Below, in pieces: positions 1-9,525 of a DNA stretch of 64,000 bases. Source of the DNA: Candidatus Tiddalikarchaeum anstoanum (lineage in GTDB: Archaea > Nanobdellota > Nanobdellia > Tiddalikarchaeales > Tiddalikarchaeaceae); NCBI GenBank assembly GCA_902385255.1, contig CABMEV010000004.1:34590-98589 (forward strand), read 5' to 3'. Position 1 is the stretch's first letter; every line of letters begins with the position of its first letter. The notes below the pieces were generated by a model. It ran no database searches, was not told where the DNA came from, and saw only the letters and a program-made list of their open reading frames with translations. The position numbers and the translations under genes were made by a program.

Positions 1-1364
1 GAGAGGAATTGCTGAGGGAGAGGGGATTCATAAACGGGAAGAAGACAAAATCAGTGCTCAGGAAAGCAGGCAAAGACTTAATATTATCAGTCTCAGGAGC
101 GCCCGAGGAAGTGTTTAAATTAATCAAGGAAGACCCGAAAGAACTTGAAAAAGAAGTCTTGGTAGAGACTAAAAATGGGAAAAGAGTTATTGCCATCGCG
201 GTAAAAATAGTGCCTCCTCTCAGGAAGAACTTATCATTTGACAAATTGGAGAAAGACTTGGAATTTAAAGGATTAATAGCAATAGAAGACCCGCCGAGAA
301 AAGGAGTCAGGGAAACAATAACAATTGCAAAGAATGCAGGAGTTAGAACCATAATGGTTACAGGAGACCATCCGGAAACTGCAAGAAACATAGCCATGAA
401 GGTGGGTATATCCTCAGATAAAGTATTGACAGGGGCAGAACTGGATGCGTTATCAGACTCTGAACTTAAAAAATTAGTTGAAGAAGTTTCAGTATTCGCA
501 AGGACAAGTCCAGAACACAAGTACAGATTAGTAAAGGCTTTGCACTCAAACGGTGAAATAGTCGCAGTAACAGGAGACGGGGTGAACGATTCCCTTGCAT
601 TAAAGGGCGCAGATATAGGAATAGCAATGGGCATAAAGGGAACAGACGCTGCAAAGGAAGCAGCAGATATAGTATTAGCGGATGATAATTACATAACAAT
701 AAGCAAAGGCATATTTGAGGGAAGGAAATTCTACGACAACTTAAAAAAAGGAGTAAAATATTACCTGTCAGTAAAACTGGCATTAGTGCTGGTATTCTTA
801 GTGCCTTTGATATTAAACATGCCTCTTCCATTCTCACCAATACAGATAATCATACTGGAATTATTCATGGACTTGGCAGCTTCAGCAGGATTCGTTTCAG
901 AGCCTGAAGAGAAAACAATATACAGCAGGAAACCAAGAGGGAGGACTGAGAGATTAATAGACAATAAAACAATTATTGGAATAATAATTTCAGGACTAAG
1001 CTTGTTTGCAGGAGTCATAATAGCATACATTTACAGCAGGAATATGGGATTATCATTAGTTGAGACGCAAAGTTACGCGTTCATGGCATGGATAATAGGC
1101 CATATAATATTAGCATTCACTTCACGCTCCGACACTGAGCCATTGTACAAATTAGGATTATTCAACAACAAGTTAATGGATATATGGGCATTGCTCACAA
1201 TATTTTTTATAATATTAGTAAACACTATAACTCCTATCAGCACACAATTAAGACTAAGCCCGTTAACTCTTGCAAACTTGGGATTAATATTCTTAATATC
1301 ACTAGTCACAATAGGATGGCAGGAAATAGTGAAGATGATAAAATACGCTGTTAATAATAAATAA
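1..1364 (+). CDS. P-type cation-transporting ATPase (C-terminal part, 5' truncated by window)
   Basis: GAPE, EDPPR, MVTGD, TGDGVND and DDNY motifs followed by TM helices; frame open from window start. Confidence 0.93.
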   Translation, partial: EELLRERGFINGKKTKSVLRKAGKDLILSVSGAPEEVFKLIKEDPKELEKEVLVETKNGKRVIAIAVKIVPPLRKNLSFDKLEKDLEFKGLIAIEDPPRKGVRETITIAKNAGVRTIMVTGDHPETARNIAMKVGISSDKVLTGAELDALSDSELKKLVEEVSVFARTSPEHKYRLVKALHSNGEIVAVTGDGVNDSLALKGADIGIAMGIKGTDAAKEAADIVLADDNYITISKGIFEGRKFYDNLKKGVKYYLSVKLALVLVFLVPLILNMPLPFSPIQIIILELFMDLAASAGFVSEPEEKTIYSRKPRGRTERLIDNKTIIGIIISGLSLFAGVIIAYIYSRNMGLSLVETQSYAFMAWIIGHIILAFTSRSDTEPLYKLGLFNNKLMDIWALLTIFFIILVNTITPISTQLRLSPLTLANLGLIFLISLVTIGWQEIVKMIKYAVNNK

Positions 1365-1376
1365 GTAGAAATATTT

Positions 1377-2714
1377 TTAGAAATTGTTTAGAGTCTTTCT
1401 TTCCAAGAACTCAACTACAGCCTGGTCAATTATTATATCACTTATTTGTATAGGACTTTTTAATACTATCCCGTTTAATGTCCTTGAACGGCTTAAGGCA
1501 ACATAAGTCTGGCCGTGTGAGAAAGCACCTCTTGACAAGTCAATGAATATTTTATCAAAAGTCTGGCCCTGGCTCTTATGAATAGTTAACGCCCATGCCA
1601 GGCGTATTGGAAACTGCTTCATCCTGCCCTTTGTTTCAACAATTATTTTATTCGTTTCAGCATCAAGCTTGTACTCAATCTTATCCCAGTTCGTCCTCTC
1701 AACACCAACGATACCGCCCTGGTCGAGTTTCACCATAACAAAATTATTATCCAAATCCGTAACTTTCCCAATACTCCCGTTCACGTAGCTGCCAGATGGG
1801 TCATTTCGGGTAAGTATCACCTTAGAACCAACTTTAAGGTATAATTCAGGGTCAACAGGGAAGTTTTTGCCGTTTTTGTCAAAATTACCCTCAAAAGAAG
1901 CGTTGTATACGAATCTTTTTCCAGGCAGGCTTCCAAGCTTGTTCATATTCAAATAATTTGCCTGTTCATTAGTGCCGGTAAGCGTAATGAAAGATTCATC
2001 AGTTTCGGCATTAAAATTAGGATTCACCCTGCTGTTTATCATCTCCAATGTCTTTTCATCAAACTCGCCTGTCCTTATAGAGTCAAGGATGGCTATGAAA
2101 TCCTTGTCAGTCTGGCGGTAAACTTTCTCTAATTCAATAATGCTTAATTTTATCTTGTCAAAGACGTCAGCGCTGAAAAAATAAGGGCTCATGTAACGTT
2201 CGCTTAATGAAGTTTCAGTGCTGCTAACTACTGGAGCTAACTGGAATAAGTCGCCAAAGAGTATGACTTGGACTCCTCCAAAAGGCTTGTCAGAATCCTT
2301 CCCGTTCTTCCTCATGAATTTATCAATGCCGTCTAATAAATCAGCGCGCACCATAGACACTTCATCTATGACAATGCACTCTAACTCTTTGTACAGTCTC
2401 GCATCCTCAACTTTCTTAATATGATGGCTCTCAATCACCCTTGGAGGAAGCCTGAAAAAAGAATGAATAGTCTGCCCCCCGACATTCAGCGCAGCAAGCC
2501 CTGTCGGTGCTAAGACAACAATCTTCTTCTTTGTGCGGTCCCGAAAATACCTAAGCAGCGTGGACTTCCCTGTTCCAGCGCGGCCCGTTATAAAAAAAGA
2601 AGACTTATTGTTCTCCAGCAAATTGTAAGCTTTCAAAAAATCATCATTTAATAAGTTATTACCGCTACGCCCTTCCGAATCCTTCTTCATGCAGTCAAAT
2701 AAGTTCTCAACCAT
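1377..2714 (-). CDS. PIF1-family SF1B DNA helicase
   Basis: TGRAGTGKS, DEVSM, GDLFQL, VYRQ, QFPIRLAWALTIHKSQGQT, GQTYVALSR. Confidence 0.92.
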   Translation of the reverse strand: MVENLFDCMKKDSEGRSGNNLLNDDFLKAYNLLENNKSSFFITGRAGTGKSTLLRYFRDRTKKKIVVLAPTGLAALNVGGQTIHSFFRLPPRVIESHHIKKVEDARLYKELECIVIDEVSMVRADLLDGIDKFMRKNGKDSDKPFGGVQVILFGDLFQLAPVVSSTETSLSERYMSPYFFSADVFDKIKLSIIELEKVYRQTDKDFIAILDSIRTGEFDEKTLEMINSRVNPNFNAETDESFITLTGTNEQANYLNMNKLGSLPGKRFVYNASFEGNFDKNGKNFPVDPELYLKVGSKVILTRNDPSGSYVNGSIGKVTDLDNNFVMVKLDQGGIVGVERTNWDKIEYKLDAETNKIIVETKGRMKQFPIRLAWALTIHKSQGQTFDKIFIDLSRGAFSHGQTYVALSRSRTLNGIVLKSPIQISDIIIDQAVVEFLERKTLNNF

Positions 2715-2821
2715 CTCACTCCTACTTTAAAATACGCATATTAAATAATTAACTAATAAAAAACCGCTATTTGCCTGAGCACCCGTTTAGTTTATAAAAA
2801 ATCTGCACATTAAATTTTAAT

Positions 2822-3388
2822 ATGGTTAAAGTTATCGGACTCTGCGGCAGCATAGGCGCAGGGAAAGATGTTGTTTCTAAATACTTGGTCAAGAATTACG
2901 GCTACGTACAACTCACTATCGGCGACATAGTGCGCGAGGAGATGACAGAGAAAAAAATAGAGATTACGAGGGAGAACAGCGACCACTACAGCGAGGAGAT
3001 GAGGAAGAAATACGGCCAGGACTACTTCGTAAAAAGATGCATAGAGAAGATTAAGAAAGAGAAATACACGCATGCAATCATCGACGGAGTCAGGCTTCCA
3101 AGCGACAGCGAACTGATTCTGAAGGCATTCAAGAAGGATTACGTAATGTTTGAAGTAAACGCAGACCCATTCTTAAGATATGAAAGGCTGCAGATAAGAG
3201 GAAGATCAGACCTGCCTCATACTTTGGAGGAGTTTGACAAGCAGGAAAGGATGCAGAATGACATATTCCACCTGGATGAGACGTTCAAGAAAGCAAGCGA
3301 AGTGATAGATAACGGCGGAACAATGGAAGAATTATACGAAAACGTGAGGGAAATAGCCAAGAATCCGAAATATAAAAATTGGTTCTAA
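2822..3388 (+). CDS. P-loop nucleotide kinase (dephospho-CoA kinase-like/UPF0200)
   Basis: N-terminal GSIGAGKD Walker A, GDIVR, IIDGVR, IDNGGT. Confidence 0.75.
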   Translation: MVKVIGLCGSIGAGKDVVSKYLVKNYGYVQLTIGDIVREEMTEKKIEITRENSDHYSEEMRKKYGQDYFVKRCIEKIKKEKYTHAIIDGVRLPSDSELILKAFKKDYVMFEVNADPFLRYERLQIRGRSDLPHTLEEFDKQERMQNDIFHLDETFKKASEVIDNGGTMEELYENVREIAKNPKYKNWF

Positions 3389-3508
3389 CACAGCTTTTTA
3401 CAATAATTATCAAATCTGCACAAAATGGTTTCTTAAAAATAGAGACAACAAAGTTAGATTTTTATATACTTAACGTGTGAAATTTCCTAATTGTTAAGAG
3501 TAGGATAT

Positions 3509-3591
3509 GGCAAAAGCAGGTCATAACCTTTGGGCATTCCGCGTGGTTGCTGGAGTCCCATGGCATTTAGAGATGAACCCCTGCTTTTGCC
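3509..3591. ncRNA. Candidate structured RNA/long hairpin
   Basis: Perfect 12-bp arms GGCAAAAGCAGG (3509-3520) and CCTGCTTTTGCC (3580-3591) enclosing inner stem TGGG-C-ATTCC-GC...GC-T-GGAGT-CCCA; GC-rich within AT-rich intergenic DNA. Confidence 0.45.
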
Positions 3592-3874
3592 TATTTTACT
3601 TTATCCTTTAAACCTTTAAATAATTTTCCAAATTACTTCACAAGCTAATAAAATGTTATATTTTTGGGAGTGAAATAATATATGGCTAAAAATCTATTTT
3701 TGTAGTATTTGGTAAGGTTTTAATAAAGAGTTAAATAAACCACACTTTTAAAATATAATATTTTTAATTGGTGTGAATGATAAAAATGACAATGTGACAT
3801 TAAATTTATAAATAAGAATAGGTTTAATAATTATATAGTTATTATCAAAATAACCTAATAAAAGGATAAGCAAG

Positions 3875-4672
3875 ATGAAAAATGAACGTAAAAATAGAAC
3901 AGGTATTCCGCAGGTTAGTCTTACGGAAGCAATTGGATATTTAACGAAAGTTTATACTATTATTGGAACAAATTTAAAATCATTTGCAGGTATGGCTGAA
4001 GTTATGGATATATCTATAGCAGGCGCGAAACGAGCATTTGGGGAACTTAAAATATATGGACTACTTGAGCAAGAAGGTACTGGGTGGAAAGTTTCTGATT
4101 TAGGTAAGCGTGTTGCAAATGGTGACAAAGCAGCAGTTATAACTACATTAGAAACAAATAGTATCTTAAAAGATTTATATGCAGAGCTAAAAGATAAGCA
4201 ATGTGATAGAGATTTTATAGAAGATTATATTAAAAAGAAAAGATTTGGATATAATCTAAACGTATCGCATGTTGCTAATAGATTCTTAGAAGCTTTAGAA
4301 TACATAAATAATCTCAAAGAAAGTGAAATTTCAACATCAGTCATAGAACATAAATATGATAATGACAAAGGAGACTTTCTAAAAGGAGTAAGATTAGGTT
4401 TTAAATTAGCTAAATTAATTCATGATAAGCCTGAGCATAAACAATTAATTAATGTACTTAATTCTTTAATGGAAGATGTAGAACATCAACCTGAAATTAA
4501 AAATGTATTAGTTCATATAAAGGAAAATATTACAGAAGGATATATGAAAGAGGAAAAAGAATTAGAATATTTAATCAAACAATTTGATAAATTAATACAC
4601 ATAGAAGAAAATGCCCAAGATAATGTTAAACAAAAATCTGAAGAAGATACGAATAATAATTCAGAGAAATAA
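3875..4672 (+). CDS. Hypothetical protein with N-terminal winged-HTH-like region
   Basis: 265-aa ORF; pattern MAEVMDIS...AFGELKIYGLLEQEGTGWKVSDLG resembles helix plus wing. Confidence 0.6.
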   Translation: MKNERKNRTGIPQVSLTEAIGYLTKVYTIIGTNLKSFAGMAEVMDISIAGAKRAFGELKIYGLLEQEGTGWKVSDLGKRVANGDKAAVITTLETNSILKDLYAELKDKQCDRDFIEDYIKKKRFGYNLNVSHVANRFLEALEYINNLKESEISTSVIEHKYDNDKGDFLKGVRLGFKLAKLIHDKPEHKQLINVLNSLMEDVEHQPEIKNVLVHIKENITEGYMKEEKELEYLIKQFDKLIHIEENAQDNVKQKSEEDTNNNSEK

Positions 4673-4693
4673 TTATACTTCTTGTATATTTAA

Positions 4694-5797
4694 TTAGTTC
4701 TCAAGAGATGTTTTAAAAATAGTTCTAAATTTTTTCATTGATTTATTACATTTATCTTTATTAATGCATTTATTGCATATAGATGAAAGTTGTTCCTCAT
4801 TTATATTCAATTGTTTTTTACTTAATTCTATTAATTCTTCGTGAACTGTAAAAAGATTATTTAGAATAAACCTTACAATTTCTTTATAATTTCCTTTGTT
4901 TCCAGCATCTAAGCATTTAAGGTATTCTTCTCTATTTTTATTATCAATAAACACAGTGGGCAAACCTGCATTTGATAACATTATCCTTAATAGTTCTCTT
5001 CCAACTCTACCATTTCCATCAATAAAAGGATGAATTTCTTCAAACTTTTGATGAAAAATACCAAATAATTCGACAGGATGTATTTTTCTTTTATTTTTAT
5101 TAAACCATTTAAGTAATTTATTTATTTCATCATCAATAAAGATATAGGGGGTGGGTTGAAAATCTGCCCCTCTAATTCCAACATCAATTCTTCTAAAATT
5201 ACCTTTTGTATTATCATCTATATTATTCAATAATATTTTGTGAATCTTTTTAATTAATTCAACACTGATTTCAATATTTTCTTTATTTTCAAATTCTTCT
5301 TTTAATTTTGAATAATTTTCAATTTCATAAAATTCCCTTTTTTCTTTCCCACTAACTGTTAAACCGTCATTTAGTGTCAAATCTGTTTCTCTTAAAGAAT
5401 AAGTATTACCTTCTATACTTGTAGTACCATAAACATATTTTGTAAAAAATGCATCTTTGTATTTTTCTAAATCGTTCCTATTAAATTTTTTTAAAGAAGC
5501 CTGATAAGAAAATAATAAATAGGCTAATATTACCTTATCTTTTTTTGTTATAAATTTTGTTTTAATATTATTTTGAGATTCATATAATATATTTATTGTA
5601 TCTATAAATATCTTAAAAATTATATGGCAGAAATTCGTTTTTAATTGTTCATTTGTTACTTGTTTAGGAGATAAGTATGTATAGTTATTCTTCGATATTT
5701 TTATATAATAATATTCTTTCCCTTTTATTGTTTTAGTTATCAACATTTTTTTAATTTTACTTATGGAGATATCAATTAAGTTATCTTTTAAAATCAT
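4694..5797 (-). CDS. Fic family protein
   Basis: HPFIDGNGRVGR Fic motif, TTSIEGN inhibitory-helix-like motif; true start may be ATG 5746. Confidence 0.93.
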   Translation of the reverse strand: MILKDNLIDISISKIKKMLITKTIKGKEYYYIKISKNNYTYLSPKQVTNEQLKTNFCHIIFKIFIDTINILYESQNNIKTKFITKKDKVILAYLLFSYQASLKKFNRNDLEKYKDAFFTKYVYGTTSIEGNTYSLRETDLTLNDGLTVSGKEKREFYEIENYSKLKEEFENKENIEISVELIKKIHKILLNNIDDNTKGNFRRIDVGIRGADFQPTPYIFIDDEINKLLKWFNKNKRKIHPVELFGIFHQKFEEIHPFIDGNGRVGRELLRIMLSNAGLPTVFIDNKNREEYLKCLDAGNKGNYKEIVRFILNNLFTVHEELIELSKKQLNINEEQLSSICNKCINKDKCNKSMKKFRTIFKTSLEN

Positions 5798-5914
5798 ATA
5801 TTTTAGTTATCATAGATAACTTAAAAAATCTTTCTTTTAGTTAACTTAATATGTGTTCCATAGGTTGATTTTAAATGATTATTGGAAAATCTTTAAAAAC
5901 AAAATTTAACTAAG

Positions 5915-7144
5915 TTATGAGAACTTGCTGAGTTTTACTTTTTCTTCCTTGCCGGAGACAAGGTCCTTAACAGTTATTGTATCCTTCTCCAAATCCTTCT
6001 CACCGATTATGTAAACTTTATGAATACCTCTATTTTCTGCGTACTCAAACTGCTTGCTTAAATTCCTCTCAGACATGTTAATGTCGCAGGACACTCCTTT
6101 TTTTAAGAGAAAATTCCTAAGCTTCAACGCCTCAGTCATCACATTCCCAACGGTTGCGATGAAAACGGAATTATTCAAATAATCAGGCAATAATTTTTTA
6201 TCCTTCAAGACCTCGAATAATACGGCATCACCCTCGGCGAATCCGACAGCAGGAGTCTTCTCCCCTCCAAAATCACTGACAAGATTATTATACTCTCCCC
6301 CTCCGAAAATTGCCCTGAACTTCCCGCCCCTGTCATAAGCTTCGAAAACGATATCAGTATAATAATCCAAACCTCTCACAATACTCAAATCAACCTCTAA
6401 ATATTCAGGATTGCAAAGTTCTACGACTGTCTTTAATCGCGAGACATCAAAACCAAGGCTGTCCAACTCAACTATTAACTCTTTATCAGTAAGTGAGAAT
6501 AACCTCTTAGCCAAATCATACTCTTTGACAAGATTCCTTAAACCATCATCAAACTCTTTAGGAGTAATCTTCAACTTCTTATCAAGAAGGAGGTAAAAAG
6601 CAGACTTATCCTCAACCCCGAACCTTTTGACAAAAGAATCAATAAGAACGCGGCTGTTAACCCTAACCACTATATCATTGCTCTTTAATCCGAAAGACTC
6701 TAAAGTTGAGATTGCAAGATTCAATATTTCAACAGTGGCAAGCACACTAACCTCACCTATAATATCCGCATTATACTGGAAAAACTCCCTTAAGCGGCCT
6801 TTCTGAGGCCTCTCATAACGGAAACATCTTGGTATACTAAACCATTTCAAAGGCTTCTTCAAACCTTTGCCATACATTATGACAAAACGGGCAAGCTGCG
6901 GAGTAAGTTCAGGGCGAAGACAAACCTCTCTATCCCCCCTGTCCTTGAAATAGAACAACTGGCTTTTAATCTCCTCACCGCTCTTTCTGGTAAAAAGAGA
7001 AACCTCCTCAATAGTCGGAGCATCATACTCCTCAAAACCCATCATTTTACTGCTAGAACGCCACTTATTAGCTATGAACAACTCCTTATCCCAATCAGAA
7101 GGCAAAAAATCCCTAGTTCCAATGTAAGGCTGCAAATTAGTCAT
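5915..7144 (-). CDS. hisS: Histidine--tRNA ligase
   Basis: GTRDF, LRPELT, FRYERPQKGRLREFFQ, IVRGLDYYT, GGGEY; start set at ATG 7144. Confidence 0.97.
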   Translation of the reverse strand: MTNLQPYIGTRDFLPSDWDKELFIANKWRSSSKMMGFEEYDAPTIEEVSLFTRKSGEEIKSQLFYFKDRGDREVCLRPELTPQLARFVIMYGKGLKKPLKWFSIPRCFRYERPQKGRLREFFQYNADIIGEVSVLATVEILNLAISTLESFGLKSNDIVVRVNSRVLIDSFVKRFGVEDKSAFYLLLDKKLKITPKEFDDGLRNLVKEYDLAKRLFSLTDKELIVELDSLGFDVSRLKTVVELCNPEYLEVDLSIVRGLDYYTDIVFEAYDRGGKFRAIFGGGEYNNLVSDFGGEKTPAVGFAEGDAVLFEVLKDKKLLPDYLNNSVFIATVGNVMTEALKLRNFLLKKGVSCDINMSERNLSKQFEYAENRGIHKVYIIGEKDLEKDTITVKDLVSGKEEKVKLSKFS

Positions 7145-7243
7145 TAAAAAAATATAAAACCCGTTTCTGATTATATATCTTTTGTAGAATATGATGTTTC
7201 TGGGCAATTATTCAGGTTTTTTAGTTCATAAAAAATATATTTA

Positions 7244-7259
7244 TTTACAATATGGTAAA
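7244..7259. promoter_or_regulatory. 16-bp quasi-palindrome TTTACAATATGGTAAA (remote copy)
   Basis: Part of a 22-mer identical to 38492-38513; followed by ATGTGTTGTTG. Confidence 0.6.
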
Positions 7260-7383
7260 TAAATATGTGTTGTTGAAAAACGCATCCAGCGGCTCTAATT
7301 TCTTAATATTTTGGGGCACGGTCAGATTTATATCTCTTTCATAACTCTAATCTTAGTATAGACTTAATGAGGTGATATTAAAA

Positions 7384-7566
7384 ATGGAAGACATAAATGA
7401 AATCGAAGGAGAAATAAAAGCAGATAAAGGTGCTTTAAAAGACTTTAAAGAAGTTGCAAAGAAAGCAGAAGATGTAGTTAAGCACAGTGAAAACGAGCTT
7501 AAAAAGGACGAAGGTGCCTTAAAAGCCGCAAAAGCAAAGAAAGAAAAGAAAGCAAAAAAGATGTAA
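7384..7566 (+). CDS. Small Lys/Glu-rich coiled-coil protein
   Basis: Strong SD GAGGTGA at 7369-7375 before ATG 7384; internally repeated xDxGALK. Confidence 0.6.
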   Translation: MEDINEIEGEIKADKGALKDFKEVAKKAEDVVKHSENELKKDEGALKAAKAKKEKKAKKM

Positions 7567-7669
7567 AACTACTGTTCTAAATTTTAAATTTTATTATTTT
7601 TTTTATATTAATATTTATCTATTCCTTAACCAAACTTTTTTAATAACTATTACAATACTTCTAAAGAGC

Positions 7670-8806
7670 ATGAAAAAACTGTTACTAGCACTGTTATTAT
7701 TGCTGTCCTTTATGCCTGTATTCGCGGATAATTGCGTTTATATGCTGTTATTCTATAGCAGCACTTGTCCTCACTGCGCGCAGGCAGAACTCGTATTAGA
7801 CAGGTTAAAACAGAATTATAATGTAGTAATAGATCGGAGGGAAATACACGAGTTAGGAAACAGCAACTTACTGCAGGCATACTTGTCAATATATAATGTG
7901 CCGTCAGACCTTTGGGGCTACGTTCCTGTAACATTCATCAATAATAAGTACATAGTCGGATTCACAGAAGACTATGAACAAGAGCTTTTGAACGGGATAA
8001 ATTACTGCAGTGGGAACTCATGCTTATGTCCGTTTAACCAGTCATTGGCTGACTATTATGGAGCAAGGCCTTTTCCTCAGGTGAATGAAACAAGCGGGTA
8101 CTATCAGGGAACTAACACTACAACTCCAAGTAAGATAGAAGTAACAATACCTGCTATAATATCAGCAGCACTTGTTGATTCCATAAATCCATGCGCATTC
8201 GCAGTAATCATATTCTTACTGACATACTTAATCAGCATAGGTGCAAAGAAGAGAATACTAAAAATCAGCATGGCATACATACTAACTGTATTCACAGTCT
8301 ACTTCCTTGCAGGATTAGGCCTCTTCGTAGCCATGCAATCAGCCCACGTCACGAGTTTAATATACATAATATCTGCTGTTGTTGCAATAATTGCCGGATT
8401 AGTCAATGTTAAAGACTTCTTCTGGTACGGGAAAGGGTTTACTCTTGCAATACCGAAGAAGGCAAAACCAGTAATATCCGAATGGGTTAAGAAAGCAAGC
8501 CTTCCTGCCGCAGTAGTCTTAGGATTCCTTGTAAGCTTGTACGAACTGCCCTGCACAGGAGGAGTGTATTTGGCAATACTAGGATTACTGTCAAACACTA
8601 TGACAAGGACTCAGGCAGTGCCTCCACTATTATTATACAACCTGATATTCGTACTGCCTTTGGTAATAATAGCTGCATTGATAAATTTCGGAGTATCATC
8701 TGAGGCGATAGAGAAATGGAGAAAGGCCAAAAGGAATTATATGAAACTCGCAGCAGGTATAGTAATGATATTATTAGGTATACTGATGCTGGGCGGCTGG
8801 ATATGA
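7670..8806 (+). CDS. Glutaredoxin-like domain fused to CcdA/DsbD-type membrane electron transporter
   Basis: Signal peptide, CPHC, then TM region with DSINPCAF and ELPCTGG. Confidence 0.85.
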   Translation: MKKLLLALLLLLSFMPVFADNCVYMLLFYSSTCPHCAQAELVLDRLKQNYNVVIDRREIHELGNSNLLQAYLSIYNVPSDLWGYVPVTFINNKYIVGFTEDYEQELLNGINYCSGNSCLCPFNQSLADYYGARPFPQVNETSGYYQGTNTTTPSKIEVTIPAIISAALVDSINPCAFAVIIFLLTYLISIGAKKRILKISMAYILTVFTVYFLAGLGLFVAMQSAHVTSLIYIISAVVAIIAGLVNVKDFFWYGKGFTLAIPKKAKPVISEWVKKASLPAAVVLGFLVSLYELPCTGGVYLAILGLLSNTMTRTQAVPPLLLYNLIFVLPLVIIAALINFGVSSEAIEKWRKAKRNYMKLAAGIVMILLGILMLGGWI

Positions 8807-9525
8807 AAATAATTGAGAAAGTAAAGAAATTATTCACAAAAACCAACACGTTATACTATCCTGGCTGCATCACTAAAATGGTTTATAAAAACTTGGAGAA
8901 AAATTATCAAGTTCTTTTTGAGAAAGCAGGGATAGATTTCATACAATTAAAAGATGCAGAGAAGTGCTGCGGAAGCCCGGTAACCAATGCAGGATATGAC
9001 AAGGATTATTCAGACTTAGTAACTCATAATAAGAAATTAGTCGAAAGTGCAGGTGTGAAGAGGATAATCACGAACTGCCCAGCATGTTATAACATACTGA
9101 AAAAAGAATACCCTGAAATAGAAGTCGAGCACGCGGTAACTGTCTTATTGGATGCAGTAATAACAAAAAAATTGAAGCTTAAAAGAAAATTCGACGAGAA
9201 AATAACATATCACGACCCCTGCCACCTTGGCAGGTATGCTGGAATTTATGAGGAGCCAAGAAAACTGCTCAAGCAATTAGGATTTACCATAATTGAGATG
9301 GCAAGAAACAGGGAGAGCAGCCTGTGCTGCGGTGCAGGAGGAGGCCTTCAGAACAATTCCAAAAGCGTGAGCGAGCGCGTGACAAAGATGAGATTGAACG
9401 AAGCAAGGCTCCTTAAAGTAAAAAAATTAATAACTGCATGCCCTATGTGTTATCACCAGTTCAAGAAGTACGAGGACGGACTTAAAATACTCGACATATC
9501 AGAGGTGTTATTAGAATGCATCTAA
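8803..9525 (+). CDS. CCG-domain Fe-S oxidoreductase subunit (GlcF/HdrB-like)
   Basis: YYPGC, KCCG, TNCPAC, YHDPCHLGR, LCCGAGGG, TACPMC; ATGA coupling to upstream gene. Confidence 0.9.
   Translation: MKIIEKVKKLFTKTNTLYYPGCITKMVYKNLEKNYQVLFEKAGIDFIQLKDAEKCCGSPVTNAGYDKDYSDLVTHNKKLVESAGVKRIITNCPACYNILKKEYPEIEVEHAVTVLLDAVITKKLKLKRKFDEKITYHDPCHLGRYAGIYEEPRKLLKQLGFTIIEMARNRESSLCCGAGGGLQNNSKSVSERVTKMRLNEARLLKVKKLITACPMCYHQFKKYEDGLKILDISEVLLECI

Larger units (their letters stand above)
3389..5914. mobile_element. AT-rich islet, probably horizontally acquired (hairpin + wHTH-like gene + Fic gene)
   Basis: Visibly lower GC and T/A-ending codons relative to flanking kinase and hisS; no integrase or att repeats seen. 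Confidence 0.45.

Noticed and set aside
3507-3611. 34-aa ORF (MAKAGHNLW...) over the hairpin; retron or riboswitch assignment
   Set aside because: No coding support; no reverse transcriptase nearby; no match to riboswitch or ribozyme consensus I can recognise
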